Numbered from the stretch's first letter, positions 51,240 through 63,968 are shown. The stretch is DNA of 64,000 nucleotides from Octopus bimaculoides (GCF_001194135.2 NC_068990.1:67980494-68044493); one strand, 5' to 3'. Made by a program: numbers and translations. Notes: generated by a model from the letters alone, not told the origin.

Positions 51240-51430
51240 CAAGTTGCTCAGCAACCGCACTGGAACCAATGGCACAGAAAAAGCACCCAGTACACTCTGT
51301 AAAGCAGTTGGTGTTAGGAAGGGCATCCAGCTGTAGGGATCATAGCAAAGCAGACACAGGAGCTCATCGTAGCCCTGCAGATCACACGATTCTGTCAAAC
51401 TGTTCAACCTATGCAAGCTTGGAATACAGA
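51240..51430 (+). mobile_element. RTE-tailed element (family G-like)
   Basis: aaaaagcacccagtacactctgtaaagcagttggtgttaggaagggcatccagctgtag. Confidence 0.7.
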
Positions 51431-52079
51431 TGCTAGTTGATTGTTATTATTATTATCATTATTATTATTATATAAGGTGATAAAAGCATGAAATTTCTCT
51501 GTACGGCCTCCATTGATCAAGGCTCTCTGTATATCTGCACATGTATATACACACATAGAGACATACATATTCATATATGCATATATACATATATTCATAT
51601 ATTGTTATTTCAAATAATCTTTAATGTCTCAACCACTCTCTAAAGAGCCTGGTGCATGAGCAGAGACATGATGTCATGAGGTATTTTTAGTTGTGATGAA
51701 GACATAGCTACCTTTATAGTGCTGTTGCCACATAAAAGCACCCCATACATTTTGGGATGTCAAAGGTGTTTGCAAGAGTATCCAGCTGTAGAAATGAAGC
51801 CAAAAATGACATTCACATGTATGGTGCAGACCATCACACCAACTACATAACAAGAACAACTAAATAAGAGTTGAATGACTGTGATCACTTCTCCAATGCA
51901 TACAGCATGGAGAGTAAAGGGAAAGCAATGATGATGATGACAACGATGATGATGACAACGATGATGATGATGATAATAATAGATACAGCTTTGGTACAGA
52001 AAATTCAGCAATTAAGTGGCTTCTGCCAAGTTGGAATGTGCCATTAGGTCAAAGTATTTCTTATTATTGGTAAAATACC

Positions 52080-52305
52080 TAAGGAAGAAGTTTTGGCATT
52101 GAAGACACCTCAAGCTAAGTGAACCCTGGTCAATCCCAGTGCTGGTGACAAATAAAAGATACCCAGTACATTGTGTGAAGTGGCTGATGTAAGAAGGGGC
52201 ATCTAACCATAGGAAGCAAGCCACAACAGACAGCAGGAGCCTGGTACAACTCTCCAGTTTACCAGTCTTAGTCAAACCATCTAACCCATGCTAGCATGGA
52301 AAATG
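52080..52305 (+). mobile_element. RTE ORF2 last codons plus tail, decayed
   Basis: ggcattgaagacacctcaagctaagtga (cf. LEK..AK*) followed by the common tail to ctaacccatgctagcatggaaaa. Confidence 0.6.
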
Positions 52306-52735
52306 ATGAACATCACAAAAATGTTCCTAAACTATATTACACCAAATTTGAACTTTTTCTCCTCTTTGTAGAATGATATATATATATATATATGAATTAT
52401 CTTACGTGTTAGAAGAAAATTAACTAGCTAAATAAAATTTAAAAAACTGTAATGTTGCAATGCATAGCAAGTAATTTGTTTCAAAAATTTTTTTATTTAA
52501 TTATAGTGTCAATTATTTAAATTATTTCATTACTCAGGGAGAACTTTTCAAAACAATGGTTTGAAAAGTTCTCCTGGAGGACAAAACAATTTCTATACTT
52601 GTCAGCATAATTTTAAAAAAATCAACTCTAATATATATTGATACATACAGGCATGCAGATGTATTTGTAATGATACTCACAGACACATATGTATATATAA
52701 TCACACACACATACACACACACACACACATATATG

Positions 52736-52764
<29 letters not shown>

Positions 52765-52766
<2 letters not shown>

Positions 52767-52960
52767 GGGAGAATATACAAAAAATAACAACAGACGAGGA
52801 CAGGTGGTGTAAATAACAAAAGTATATATTAGTATGACGCTCGGGAATACGGAAAGTCTTTGACGTTTCGAGCTACGCTCTTCAACAGAAAGAATACGGA
52901 GACAAGGAGAAAAACACGGAGAAAAAAATTGAATAGTGTTCAGTCAACGGTCAATCATAT
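52765..52960 (-). mobile_element. Penelope-type short repeat with an intact-looking minimal hammerhead-like motif
   Basis: Reverse complement of 52858-52892: CTTT CTGTTGA A GAGC gta GCTC GAAA CG TC AAAG. Confidence 0.6.
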
Positions 52961-53554
52961 ATATAATCATTTTAATGTATGTCCACATTTCTTAGACTGC
53001 ATGGGTCAGATGGAATTTCTTGATTTTTTATGGCCAGCTGTCCTTTCTGTTACCAGTTCCATCTGTGTCCAAGTAAGGTAATGTTTCCCTATGCCCAGAA
53101 GCATTTTTCATAGTAAAGAGACAACACATCACATGTATAACAGTGAACTCATTTACAGCCATCACATGATGTCAACACAAGGAAAAAATAACACACACAT
53201 ACACACACACTGTTTGGCTGAATGGTTGTAAAGTTCACTACACAATCACAAGATTCTGGTTCAATCCTTTTCTGTGGTATGTTGCCCAAATGTTATTTTC
53301 TATAACTCTACGAATGAAATTGAGCTGATGAAGGGAAAAGTATAGAAATCTGTTAGGGGGATTGTACCTGAAATTTAAAGGGACTGTTCTATCACACTAT
53401 TAATTTAATACCATATGAAAATGACATTGAATGCAACCATGGATATGGAATACTCGACCACTTACAGGGTGTGTAAATCTATGGGCTTGATAGTCCTGTT
53501 GATTGAAAAGCTGAAACATCATATTTGGAAATTCTGAGCAAGATCCATTGATAG

Positions 53555-53950
53555 ATGTGGCTGTGTGGTTAGAAGTTTATTTCATAAGCACTTGGTTCAG
53601 GGTTCCATCCTACTGTGTGGCAACTTGGGTAAGTGTTTCTACTACACCCTCGGGCTGACCAAAGCCTTGTGAGTGGATTTGGGAGATGGAAGCTGAAAGA
53701 AGCCAGTCATATCTATTTGTGCATGTGTATGTGTCTTTGTGTCTGTGTTTGTCCCCCCACCCCACTGCTTGACAACTGGTGCTGGTGTGTTTATGTCTCT
53801 GCAACTTAATGGTTCAACATAAGAGACCAATAGAATAAGCACCACCAGGCTGTAAATAAATAAGAGCTGGGGTTGATACAACTGACTAGAAATTCTTTAA
53901 ATGCAGTGCCCCAGTATGGCTTCTGTCTAATGATTGAAACAAGTAAAAAG
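53555..53950 (+). mobile_element. SINE family A, near full length
   Basis: gtggctgtgtggttag head, caacttgggtaagtg, gccttgtgagtggatttgg, 3' gaaacaagtaaaaag. Confidence 0.8.
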
Positions 53951-53955
53951 CAAAA

Positions 53956-54012
<57 letters not shown>

Positions 54013-54049
54013 CACACACACACACATACATACACACTTTTCAGCTCCA

Positions 54050-54390
54050 TCCCCAACTCACCACTAAAACATGTGTAGTCATGTAACTTCTCTACTGCAA
54101 GAAACCTGTTCTGCTCTAGTCCTTTTCTTTCATACTGTACCTTTCTCAACTTATTCCTCTATCCTAATGTTCTTCCTCCCCACACAGGGGTTGTAGCCTT
54201 GCAAGCTGCATGGCAGCATCACTAGAGCAGGGAGACATGGAAAAAAGCACTCAGTATATAGTGTTAAGGGGTTAGCATTAGGAATGCTATCCAGCCAAAG
54301 ACAGAAACCACGGCAAATAGGCAGTGAAGTATGGGCTTATCAAATCCTGTTAAACAATCTAACCCATTCCATCATGAGAAACAGAAATTA

Positions 54391-54433
<43 letters not shown>

Positions 54434-54460
54434 CTGATGATGATGATGATGATGATGTCA
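54050..54460 (+). mobile_element. RTE-tailed family G with expanded (GAT)n tail
   Basis: Matches 23150-23460 in the opposite orientation; long (GAT)n at ~54390-54457. Confidence 0.6.
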
Positions 54461-54650
54461 CACACATATGCATACAACACACAGTAATTAGTAGAGGGGG
54501 AAGAAATAAACACAACCCAATTACTTAAGTTTGGCCTCTATCCCACGTATTTAAAATGCTGGTTTAACATAAAATGATGAACAGCCAGTTTTCTGTCTGC
54601 TTTACAACATGTCCTGTGTCACTAATTGTTACTCATGTTGGCCATTTCAG

Positions 54651-54766
54651 ACATTTCTGACTTGCTTTTTGAACTTATTCAACAAATGGATTATAATAAA
54701 ATGAAGAATTCAATAGAAATCAAGAATGCACCAAATGCTTCCAACAACCAAAAGCATTGTGAATAA
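54651..54766 (+). CDS. Candidate coding exon (DISDLLFELIQQMDYNKMKNSIEIKNAPNASNNQKH)
   Basis: Branch-like cactaat and acceptor ggccatttcag; one open frame. Either a donor gtgaat at 54759 (108-nt, phase 1-1) or a stop TAA at 54764-54766 overlapping AATAAA. Confidence 0.3.
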
Positions 54767-55263
54767 ATCATTCAGAATAATGCCTTTTAAATCCAAGCAG
54801 TGAAAGTATAACAGTAAATGTCTTCCTGCGAAGAAAGTGCTATGACCTTTTTATATGTGTTTGCTGTTGGCTATATCTACATTCCAGTTGTATTCTAACC
54901 TATGTTAGGGTCTTAAAGGTTGTATTCACTTTGTGATTTCCAGCCTAAAGCTAAATTTTTAACCAAAGATAATTGATGTCAGATTTATGTAGTGTAGAAT
55001 ATGTGTGTGTGTGTATGTGTATGTGTGTGTGTGTGTGCGTGTGTTTGTGTGTGTGTACATGCGGGTGTGTGCGGGTTTGTGTGTGTGTATGTGCCTGTGT
55101 GTGTAGTAGTTATAAAAATTTACCTTGGTTAAATGGTGAACAAAATTAATGTAAAATTTCTTTAAATTACTTGGAGAAAATATTGAAGAATTAGCTGGCA
55201 CCATGGCATAATGGTATGGAATATATGAAGGAATAAATTATTGAACAGAGAAAGTATAATGCT

Positions 55264-55345
<82 letters not shown>

Positions 55346-56254
55346 AGAGGGGACAGAGAGAGCAAAAAGAAGGGAAATGTCAGAGAGAAAGAGAGAAAAC
55401 GAAATAATCAAAACCAGAAACAGATAATTCATAAAAGTAAGAAAGACTAAAGAGAAGGAAAGGAAGACTTAAAATTATAAAAAAAAGAAAAGAAATCATG
55501 AAACTAAAATAAAATGAAGGAAAAACATAAAACAAAAGGTAAGAAAGAATGATGGGTTGGGGTGGGTGGCTTAGAAAGATGGAGAAAGAAAAGGTAAGAG
55601 AAGGGGTGAGAGGAAAAGATTATGGATTGGAAAAAGAAAGAAAACAGAAAATGAACAGAATAGAGAAATACAACTACTTAGAGAGTAAACAACAGAGAGA
55701 ATATTTGAGATAGAAATGTGGGGGAGAAAGGAGAAAGAGAGAGAGAGAGAAAGACAGAGAAATAAGCAATAGAGGACATTTGAATATAAAAGTGATGAGA
55801 CAAATAGAGAGGCTAAAGGCAATGAGAGAATGCAAGAGAGAAAGTTAGAGATGCAATAAAGAAAAGAGAATTAAAATCAGAAGAGGAATACAAAATGAGA
55901 AAAAAAAAACAAAAACAAAAAATAGTTTTTAATTTTTTAAACCAAATTTTAAAAAACACAAAAAAATTATCCACATAAGACTAAGTTTTTTAAATAATTA
56001 AAAAAAAATTATTTAATTAAAAAAATTCCTTTAATTTTAGAAATATTTTTACTGAAAAAATATCAACCTTCCTCTGTGCTTTATGTTTTAATTAAATAAA
56101 ATTAACTATTTTTAATTAAATAAAACTCTGAAAATCTCCTTTAAAATTTCTAGTTAATTCTTGTTATTTATATTTATACTGTAAATTGCAATTTGATATG
56201 AGTTTTATGTGAATGAATATATTTTTAAACATCTATACCAAATGGTAATGGTCT

Positions 56255-56490
56255 TGCACTCAGTATTCTAAGATTGTGGTTTCAATTGCCAGACTGGGTA
56301 GTGCATCATCTTTTTTAGTAAAACACTTCATGTCACATTGCTCCAGCCAATTCTGCTATAAATGAGTTCCTGCAACATCTGGATGAACTGGCATCCCGTC
56401 CAGTAGGCAGTGTTGAAATCTTAGCAACTTGCACCATGCAAACCAGATTAAGCTCTGGTTTTATGGATCCTAGGATTTATGGAAAACCTA
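56255..56490 (+). mobile_element. SINE family B (Meta-like)
   Basis: gtaaaacacttcatgtcacattgctccagcc...gatgaactggcatcccgtccag...ccatgcaaaccagattaagctc. Confidence 0.65.
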
Positions 56491-56740
56491 AATTATTATA
56501 CTGATATATACACAATGAATTAGGGACAGATGAGCTGTTAACCTGTTTACTGGTGAAAGAGCTGATGATTTGTATCTTGCAGTCAGCATTATACTTAACT
56601 GAACTCCAACCTTGATCAAGAGATTTTTAATCACTGTAGTCCACTTAACCACACCTAAGTCGGGTATGATGGTATCTGATTGTGTTTAGCTATAAAGTGT
56701 ATCGTTTTACTGAGGCTAATTTCTTACCTTATTGTTTTAG

Positions 56741-56765
56741 GTTAAAGTGGTCCAAAGGCTTCACT
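56741..56765 (+). CDS. Candidate 25-nt microexon (LKWSKGFT or VKVVQRLH)
   Basis: ctaat branch-like site plus ttcttaccttattgttttag acceptor; gtaagt donor. Confidence 0.3.
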
Positions 56766-57269
56766 GTAAGTGTTGGGAATATATTCGGCAAACATTAACA
56801 GCATTGAAACAAACTAGAATATTTGTGAATAATTATGAATGACACAGATATGTATTTAGTTATTTAATATACCCATGTCTAGTCACATGCTAAAATATTT
56901 TTATGACTATTCAGATTACTGTGTAGATGTTCCTATACCCAACAACACACACATGTCTATATCCATTCATTTATTCCTTTCATACTCATTTTTCCATGCT
57001 AGCATGGACTATACCGCATGAGATTTGAGGCAGGATTCTACAGACAAATGCTTTTCCTGTCATTGATCCTTACCCGTTCTTCAAGAGTTATTACTTGCCT
57101 CAAGACCCTGTGCAGACACAGGTGATACTCAGAGTAGCAAGAGACTGCTTTGACTCAGATAAAATTTTCTAGTAATCTCTACTACAGTATTGAATACTCT
57201 TTCTTCTGATAGTCAACATTAAATGGGTTTATGTGTGAGTGTTTATATATATATATATAGGACAATAAA

Positions 57270-58129
57270 AAATAATAAGAAGAAGACAGAATGCTAAACT
57301 GAAAGCATATTTTAATATAGATGGGCATAAGGAGGATTAAAAACGATTTCTAACCAGCTTTCATTGCATGGCAAATTTTCAAGAAGAGGGGAAATGAAAA
57401 TAATGTTTTTTTACAAAAATATAAAAAATATATAAAAAAATAAATATACCAATACATTATATTGTCTTTGAGCTTTTAAAGTTCAATGGTAATCCATGTA
57501 AATAATTGTTAGATATATTAGGATGCATGGAATTAAGAATCGTGTTGTGTTTAAAAAAGGCTGAGAGTTTATGTGTTAAACAGGAAGTATGGTGTCAAAA
57601 CAGGAAGTGTGCCTAAGGGAAGACAATTCTGTGGGTTTTATACTCTTTAGTTGGAGTTCTGGACTCTTTGTCAACAGGAAGTTTACGTCTGTTCTTAGAG
57701 AAACAAGAAGTAAATTTATATGTATTTCAATGAGTAGGCAAGAGAAGGGAATATGGTCACCGAGGAGTTTGCATGTTAAGAAGAGTTTCGAATTTCTCTA
57801 TAAAAAGATTCTCCTTGTTGATTCTTACTTATGTAGAGATTCTGTCTTTACATTGATAGGAAGGGAATATAAGGAATTTAGGGTTTTTATTTTTGGTGCA
57901 AGAGTCTACGTGGCCACTGAGTAGAATTTGGCGGTGTTGTGGAAGATTTATTTGTTCTTTATGGACAGCTACTCTTCTAATCTAACAGTTATCTACATGG
58001 ATTACCATTGAACTTTAGAAACTCAAAGACAATATAATGTATTGGTATATTTATTTTTTTAATATATTTTTTATATTTTTGTAAAAAACATTATTTTCAT
58101 TTTCCTTCTTCTTGAAAATTTTCCATGCA
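57270..58129 (-). mobile_element. Penelope-like element 3' remnant with inverted terminal arms
   Basis: Minus strand 57978-57757 translates RRVAVHKEQINLPQHRQILLSGHVDSCTKNKNPKFLIFPSYQCKDRIST*VRINKENLFIEKFETLLN, resembling the C-terminal half of PLE GIY-YIG domains. Near-identical 150-bp inverted arms at 57365-57514 and 57980-58129. Confidence 0.7.
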
Positions 58130-58663
58130 TTTAGTAACTTCAGTTCTGTCACTGAATTTAGCACTGTGCACTAAAACACTAACAAAAATTAAGTATTGAA
58201 GTTGTAATCCAATGCTGTTTTACCAAAAATAGATTGTCTCCCTTCAATAGATGATTTACTGTGAGAAGCTGAGAAACTGGAGTGAGTGATGATGTACTTC
58301 CTATAGCAAAAAGGCCTAAGATAATCAGTTATATGCATGTGTGTGTGTGTATGTATATATATCTCTTATAATTACGATAATGAGAAATATTTCATGGATG
58401 GAGATTTTTATATTTTTATTATTGCATTGCTACATATGTTTCAACATAACATGTATTTTGATGGGACTACCCCACCACATCTATAGGATATTATTGAATA
58501 TTATTTATAATATCCATGAACCATAAGGGAGTTCATTACTTTAACTTGCTTACTTTTTCCTATGATTTCACATTAATGTTCTTAGGACTGCCTTGTTGTT
58601 TAGATTTCAGGATATTAATCATTCTAAACCAACAAACGTTTCTGCTGGATTAATGGGCAGTGC

Positions 58664-59263
58664 ACAGGAATGAGTGTGTGGCTGACAGTTTGCTTCCAAC
58701 TACATGGTCTCAAGTTCAGTCCTACAGTAGCATGTTGGGCAAGTGTTTTCTACTACAGCCCTAGGATGACCAAAGCCCAGAGTTGTAATAGAAAACACTT
58801 GTATGTATATGTGTGTGGGTGTACACTTAAACACACACACACACATATGTGTATATATACACATTCATACATGATGAGCTTCTTTCAGTTTCCCTCCACC
58901 AAATACTCCCATATGGTTTTAGTTGGCTCTGGGCGATAATAGAAGATGCATGTCCAGTGTGATTGAACTTAAAAAGTATAATGTGAGAAAGAAAACCTGT
59001 TAACCACACATCCATGCCTGTGGCTAATACATTTATGTAAAGTATCTAATGTAATGTATATATGTACCTAGGTATCTATGTATGACTATATGTGTGTGTA
59101 TGCATACATATAAATGCAGTTATGGCTGTGTGGTAAGAAGCTTGCTTTTCAGCCACGTTGTTCCGGGTTCAGTCTCACTCTGTGGCACCTTGGGCAAATG
59201 TCTTTTACTATATAGCCTCAGGCTAGCCAAAGGTCTGGAAGATGAAAACTGAAAGAAGCCCAT

Positions 59264-59326
<63 letters not shown>

Positions 59327-59525
59327 ATGTGTGTGTCTTTGATTATCTCCCCACTTGACAACAGGTGTTGGTGTGTTTATGTCCCCATAACTTAACAGTT
59401 CAGCAAAAGACACCAACAGAATAAGTACTAGGCTTCAAAAATACGTCCTGGAGTCAATATTTAAGACTAAAGCTCCTACAAGGTGGTACTCCACCATGGT
59501 CACAATCAAATGACTGAAACAAGTA
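58664..59525. mobile_element. Cluster of three SINE family A copies (+ 58664-58790, - 58875-59020, + 59105-59525)
   Basis: Head and CORE-like motifs recognisable in alternating orientations; the third copy has internal rearrangement around its microsatellite. Confidence 0.65.
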
Positions 59526-59547
59526 AATATATATATATACATATATA

Positions 59548-59578
<31 letters not shown>

Positions 59579-60785
59579 CTACAATACACTGAAATAACAT
59601 ACACCCATATTTATATTATGTTTATTAACACACAAAATTCCACATTTAAATACACAAAATTTAGTATATTTTCAAACAAAAAATTCAGACACCCATGTAC
59701 ACCTAAAATATTTAGCTACCATCGATTATTTTAACAAGATTGATCTATTTCATACAGACTCAATTTCTTAAATTAGGTTATTTATTTTTTGTGAAATTCC
59801 TCTATTTTTCTCAGAAATAATATGTTACAGCTCCAGGACATAACAGAGAGTGGCTATCTAATGAGGTGGATGCAAAATTCCATCAAATGTTTATAGAAAA
59901 CTAGTTAAAGATGGGTAGCTGCTGACTGACATAAGGCAATTTCTAATAAGATTGCATGTTTATATTTTTGCCGCACCAATCTGATTTACCTCGATAATGG
60001 ATTGGTAAACCATGTAGAAAATTCATTCTTAGTGGATTAAAATCACACAATGATTCCAAATTAAGAATAAGAATATATTTTAATTATTTTTATTTTCCCT
60101 TCCAGTAAAAATTTTCTCAGATTCTAGAGACGCTATATTTAATCACGAACAGAAAAAAGACTAACAAGATCAAGGAAGTGAACCAGGAAGTAGCAATTGT
60201 GAGATATATGATATGATTTTCCAGATTATTAACCATATCATGATTACAGTGTTGTGTTTTTTCATCTGTTCACTCATTTTTACATGTCTTTCTCCTTCAT
60301 GCTAGCATAGGTTAGACGAATATATTACAAAGGCAATGATTTTTACAGCTAGCTGTTCTTCCTCACACTAACCCTTAACTAGTTTCCAAATAATGGGTCA
60401 CTTATTTCACTCATTTTCAAAAGTGCAAATTGAGAATATAATTAGTTGAGGGGAGAAATGATAACACCACCAGTTTGTCACTCACAGGCTTTGGCAAAAG
60501 TGCAAAAGTAAACTAACATGTGCACCCACACATGTGTATGTCATCATCATCATCATCATTTAACGTTTGCTTTCCATGCTGGCATGGGTTGACAGGTGAG
60601 CATGCGTGTATGTGTATATATATATGTATTATATACATATATTGAACAACATAGGTGCAGGAGTGGCTGTGTGGCAAGTAGCTTGTCAAACACTGATATT
60701 TGATATGATTGTCTGTTACCTCTCCAAAAATGTCTGACCTTGAATCTATGTGAAATATAATTTCATTTGATTAGGTGTTACAGTC

Positions 60786-61008
60786 TTAATTCTTTTGATA
60801 TCAACCCACCTAGACTTTGCTTGGCTCTATCTTACAATCATTGCTTTAAAATGATTCTAAATTAAAACCTTCCATAAAAATTCCATGTTAATTTATGTTC
60901 CAGATGTTAATTTAATAATGACAGTTATTTTACTAAATTCTTCACTATTTTCAGAATTTTTGAAACAAGGCAGTATGTTTCAACTGAAATATGGTAACAA
61001 AATCTTAA
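60786..61008. mobile_element. Possible piggyBac-like MITE
   Basis: Bounded by TTAA at 60786 and 61005 with degenerate TIRs (ttcttttgatatc and ggtaacaaaatc); internal match to 33830-34030. Confidence 0.4.
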
Positions 61009-61315
61009 TAAGGATGAATTAGCCTGGATCTTTCAAGCAAATAACTCAAGTCTAGACACAGTTTCAGCAAAGAACAAAAGCATTGTTGTCAGTTGGAAGT
61101 CTTGCTTGAAATTTGTTTTTGGTTATTAAACAATGTTCAAAATCTGTCTTTGTTCAAAATCTGTGTTTGCAATGATAAATAGATGAGAACAGCCAAAGGT
61201 TCACCATAGATTTCCTGGATACACAGGTTGTGTTTAATTGGTCGAGATTACATTGAAACTCCAGAGTATTTCCAAACCTTGCATACCCCTGCATTTTCTC
61301 TTGTGTACCTTTTAG

Positions 61316-61393
61316 GGATACACACAACCTGATTTGAGAACTGCTGAAATACAGGATCAAACAGCCCAAGCCATTTGGAAGGAGAGTTACTGA
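61316..61393 (+). CDS. Candidate terminal coding exon (GYTQPDLRTAEIQDQTAQAIWKESY*)
   Basis: Strong acceptor cattttctcttgtgtaccttttag; only the phase-0 frame stays open beyond 7 codons. Confidence 0.25.
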   Translation, partial: GYTQPDLRTAEIQDQTAQAIWKESY

Positions 61394-61789
61394 GAGGGAA
61401 ACAAACAGACAAACTGATTGATAACAAGAGCCGATCACAATAGAATAGTAAGAGTGAAAGAGAGACAAGTATTGGTAAACAAAATATGTGTAGAGAGAGG
61501 AGAACATTTTCGGCACTACACAAATATATGATTACAATTAAAGTCGATTATTTGAAAGCAACAGAGATGAAAAAGCTCAAGTGTTTAAGATTTTGGTAAT
61601 AATCAGCAGAATAAAGTAGCAGAGTAAATAATAGACAGCATTTCCTGAAAAAAGGGAGGAAAACAGTTCACCAACCAGACTGGTAGCTTGCCAAATTCTA
61701 TCAGACATTATGATGAAGAACCAAAAAGAAAACAAAAAATAACAACAACAATAATAATGATGGCATGCACTGATCTCTCAGCTCAGTAA

Positions 61790-62530
61790 TGATGATGATA
61801 CTTTATAAAGTAATGGGAAAGGAGATGGTGGTTTATTGGTTTTGGTAGGGGTCGTAGTGGGTGTGGCAGTGAAGCTGATACTGATATAGGAGATGGAAGT
61901 GAGGGGAAGGTAGTGGTAGTTTTGGTGTGGGCAACGCTAATGGCAGTGGATGTTACAAGGATAAATATATTATTGTACCTGATGGTGGTACTTGAGTGGG
62001 GAGAGTAGTTGAGATAGATGTAAGTGTTGTTGTTACTGGTTGTTAAGTGGTGGTGACAGGGTAGTAGTTTTGGTGAAGATAGATTGTTATAATAGCAATA
62101 ATAGGGATTTTGTAAATTTTGGTGGGGATAGTAAGGCAGGGAGGTCATGACAAAGTTGTCAGTAATATGAGAGATGGTGTTGGAGACTATGTTAGTGGAC
62201 ATTTAGCTAGTGGCTTGTTGCTGGGGGTTGGAATGGCAATGACAGGGAGGTTCAGGCTATCATAGCTGAGGTGTAATGGTAATGGTTTTGGTGCTCTCAG
62301 TCTCAGTTGTGGTAGGCATGGTGTTACTGATAATGTGAGTTTAGGTGATGGTGGTGGTGGTGGTGATGGTGTGGGCTCATGTCAGTAATGGGGAAAGGGA
62401 GTGGTGTGCCTCAATATTGTTTGTGATTGAAATAATAGTAGTGGTTGTGGTGGTGGTGGTGGTAGAGTTTGAGTTTATAGTGGTTTCAAGGTGAGTGTTG
62501 GCAACAGTATTGGGTCGATGATGGGGGAGG
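61790..62530. repeat. GT-rich (GGT/GTT)n low-complexity tract
   Basis: Directly visible; a complementary-type (ACC)-rich tract lies at ~40900-41210. Confidence 0.8.
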
Positions 62531-63469
62531 GGGGCGGTAGTGGTGCTACTGTGCCAAATTAAATTTGTTACTTCGATTTTGTTCCTTTTCCATATATTTT
62601 ATATATATATTTATTTTGTTTTATTTTTTTGGTAAACTCAAAGCCAAAAGGATGTCATAGAATCATATTAGTAGCAAAGTTTTCTATATATAGTTGTTAT
62701 ATAGACACACACTAGTATCATTTCTACAATGACCTAGACCTGGCAGCAGCAGTGAGGTGGGGGATGTTGTTGTGATGAACAAAGAATTAGGACAGGGGCT
62801 TGGGTTGGGTCCAGAATACAGACACTGCCATCCTTTAACTCTCGCCCCCCCCTCTTGCTCTTCCCAATACTTTCTTACAATAACACAGTTTCTTTCATAA
62901 CCCAATTGTTTTCCCATTTGTTGTTCTTCATATATATCAAAAGGAATTACTGGGATACAATACAAAATTTATTTTCCTTATAAGGTAATCAGTGTTCTAG
63001 TTTTTTTTATTTTTTGTTAGAGGTATTTTTCTTACACTGCTTAATTTTTATAAAAAACCTAAGCATCACAATGTAGTTATATCTGAAGGTTAATGATGTT
63101 AAAAGAACAGAACTTTTTCTTTTATTTGTGCACAAAAATGTTGAAACATGGAATAAACTACCTATTTCAATAGTTAGCCATCAGGATACTACATGTTTAA
63201 AATTTCCATGTTTTCTGAAATTCACCAATACTACTCCTGCCTCCTGACATACTTATGTACCCTTTCCTCATTATAGCTCTTTTGACATTAATTTCACTGT
63301 CATTTCGTTTTATTCTCTGTGCTATAGATGCACTTTTAGCTTTCATTGCTATCTTCCTTTACTTCATTCATGGCTGGCTTTGGTCCCCTCTTTTAACCTT
63401 TGTCCTCAAACAGTTGTTCTCCTGAGTACTGTAAACAATAAGTTCATCATTTTTATTATATAGGGTAGG

Positions 63470-63671
63470 GAGTTAGCAGAATCATTAGCATGCTTAACAA
63501 AATGCTTAGTGGCATTTTGTCTGTCTTAAGGATCTAAGATCAAATTCTGCTGAGGTTGACTCTACTACTTATTTTATTGTCCTCAAAAAAATGAAAGGCA
63601 GTTATGTATTTGTATCAATGTTATTGACTAGCCCCACTCCATTATCAGGCCTTGTGCCTATTGAAGAAAAG

Positions 63672-63715
<44 letters not shown>

Positions 63716-63928
63716 GACGACACTGAGGTACAAATATATGAAACCCAATGTATCCATTATGACTACCCATCTGATATTATTATTCTTTACGTTCTGAATT
63801 CAAATTCCGCTGAGGTTGACTTTGCCTTTCATCCTTTCAGGGTTGATAAATTAAGTACCANNNNNNNNNNATGTAACTGACTAGTCCTCTCCCCCAAAAT
63901 TTCAGGCCTTGTGCCTATAGTAGAAGAG

Positions 63929-63968
<40 letters not shown>

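Noticed and set aside
56741-56782. LKWSKGF as the hexokinase WTKGF motif
   Set aside because: The continuation does not match and no other hexokinase exons were found.
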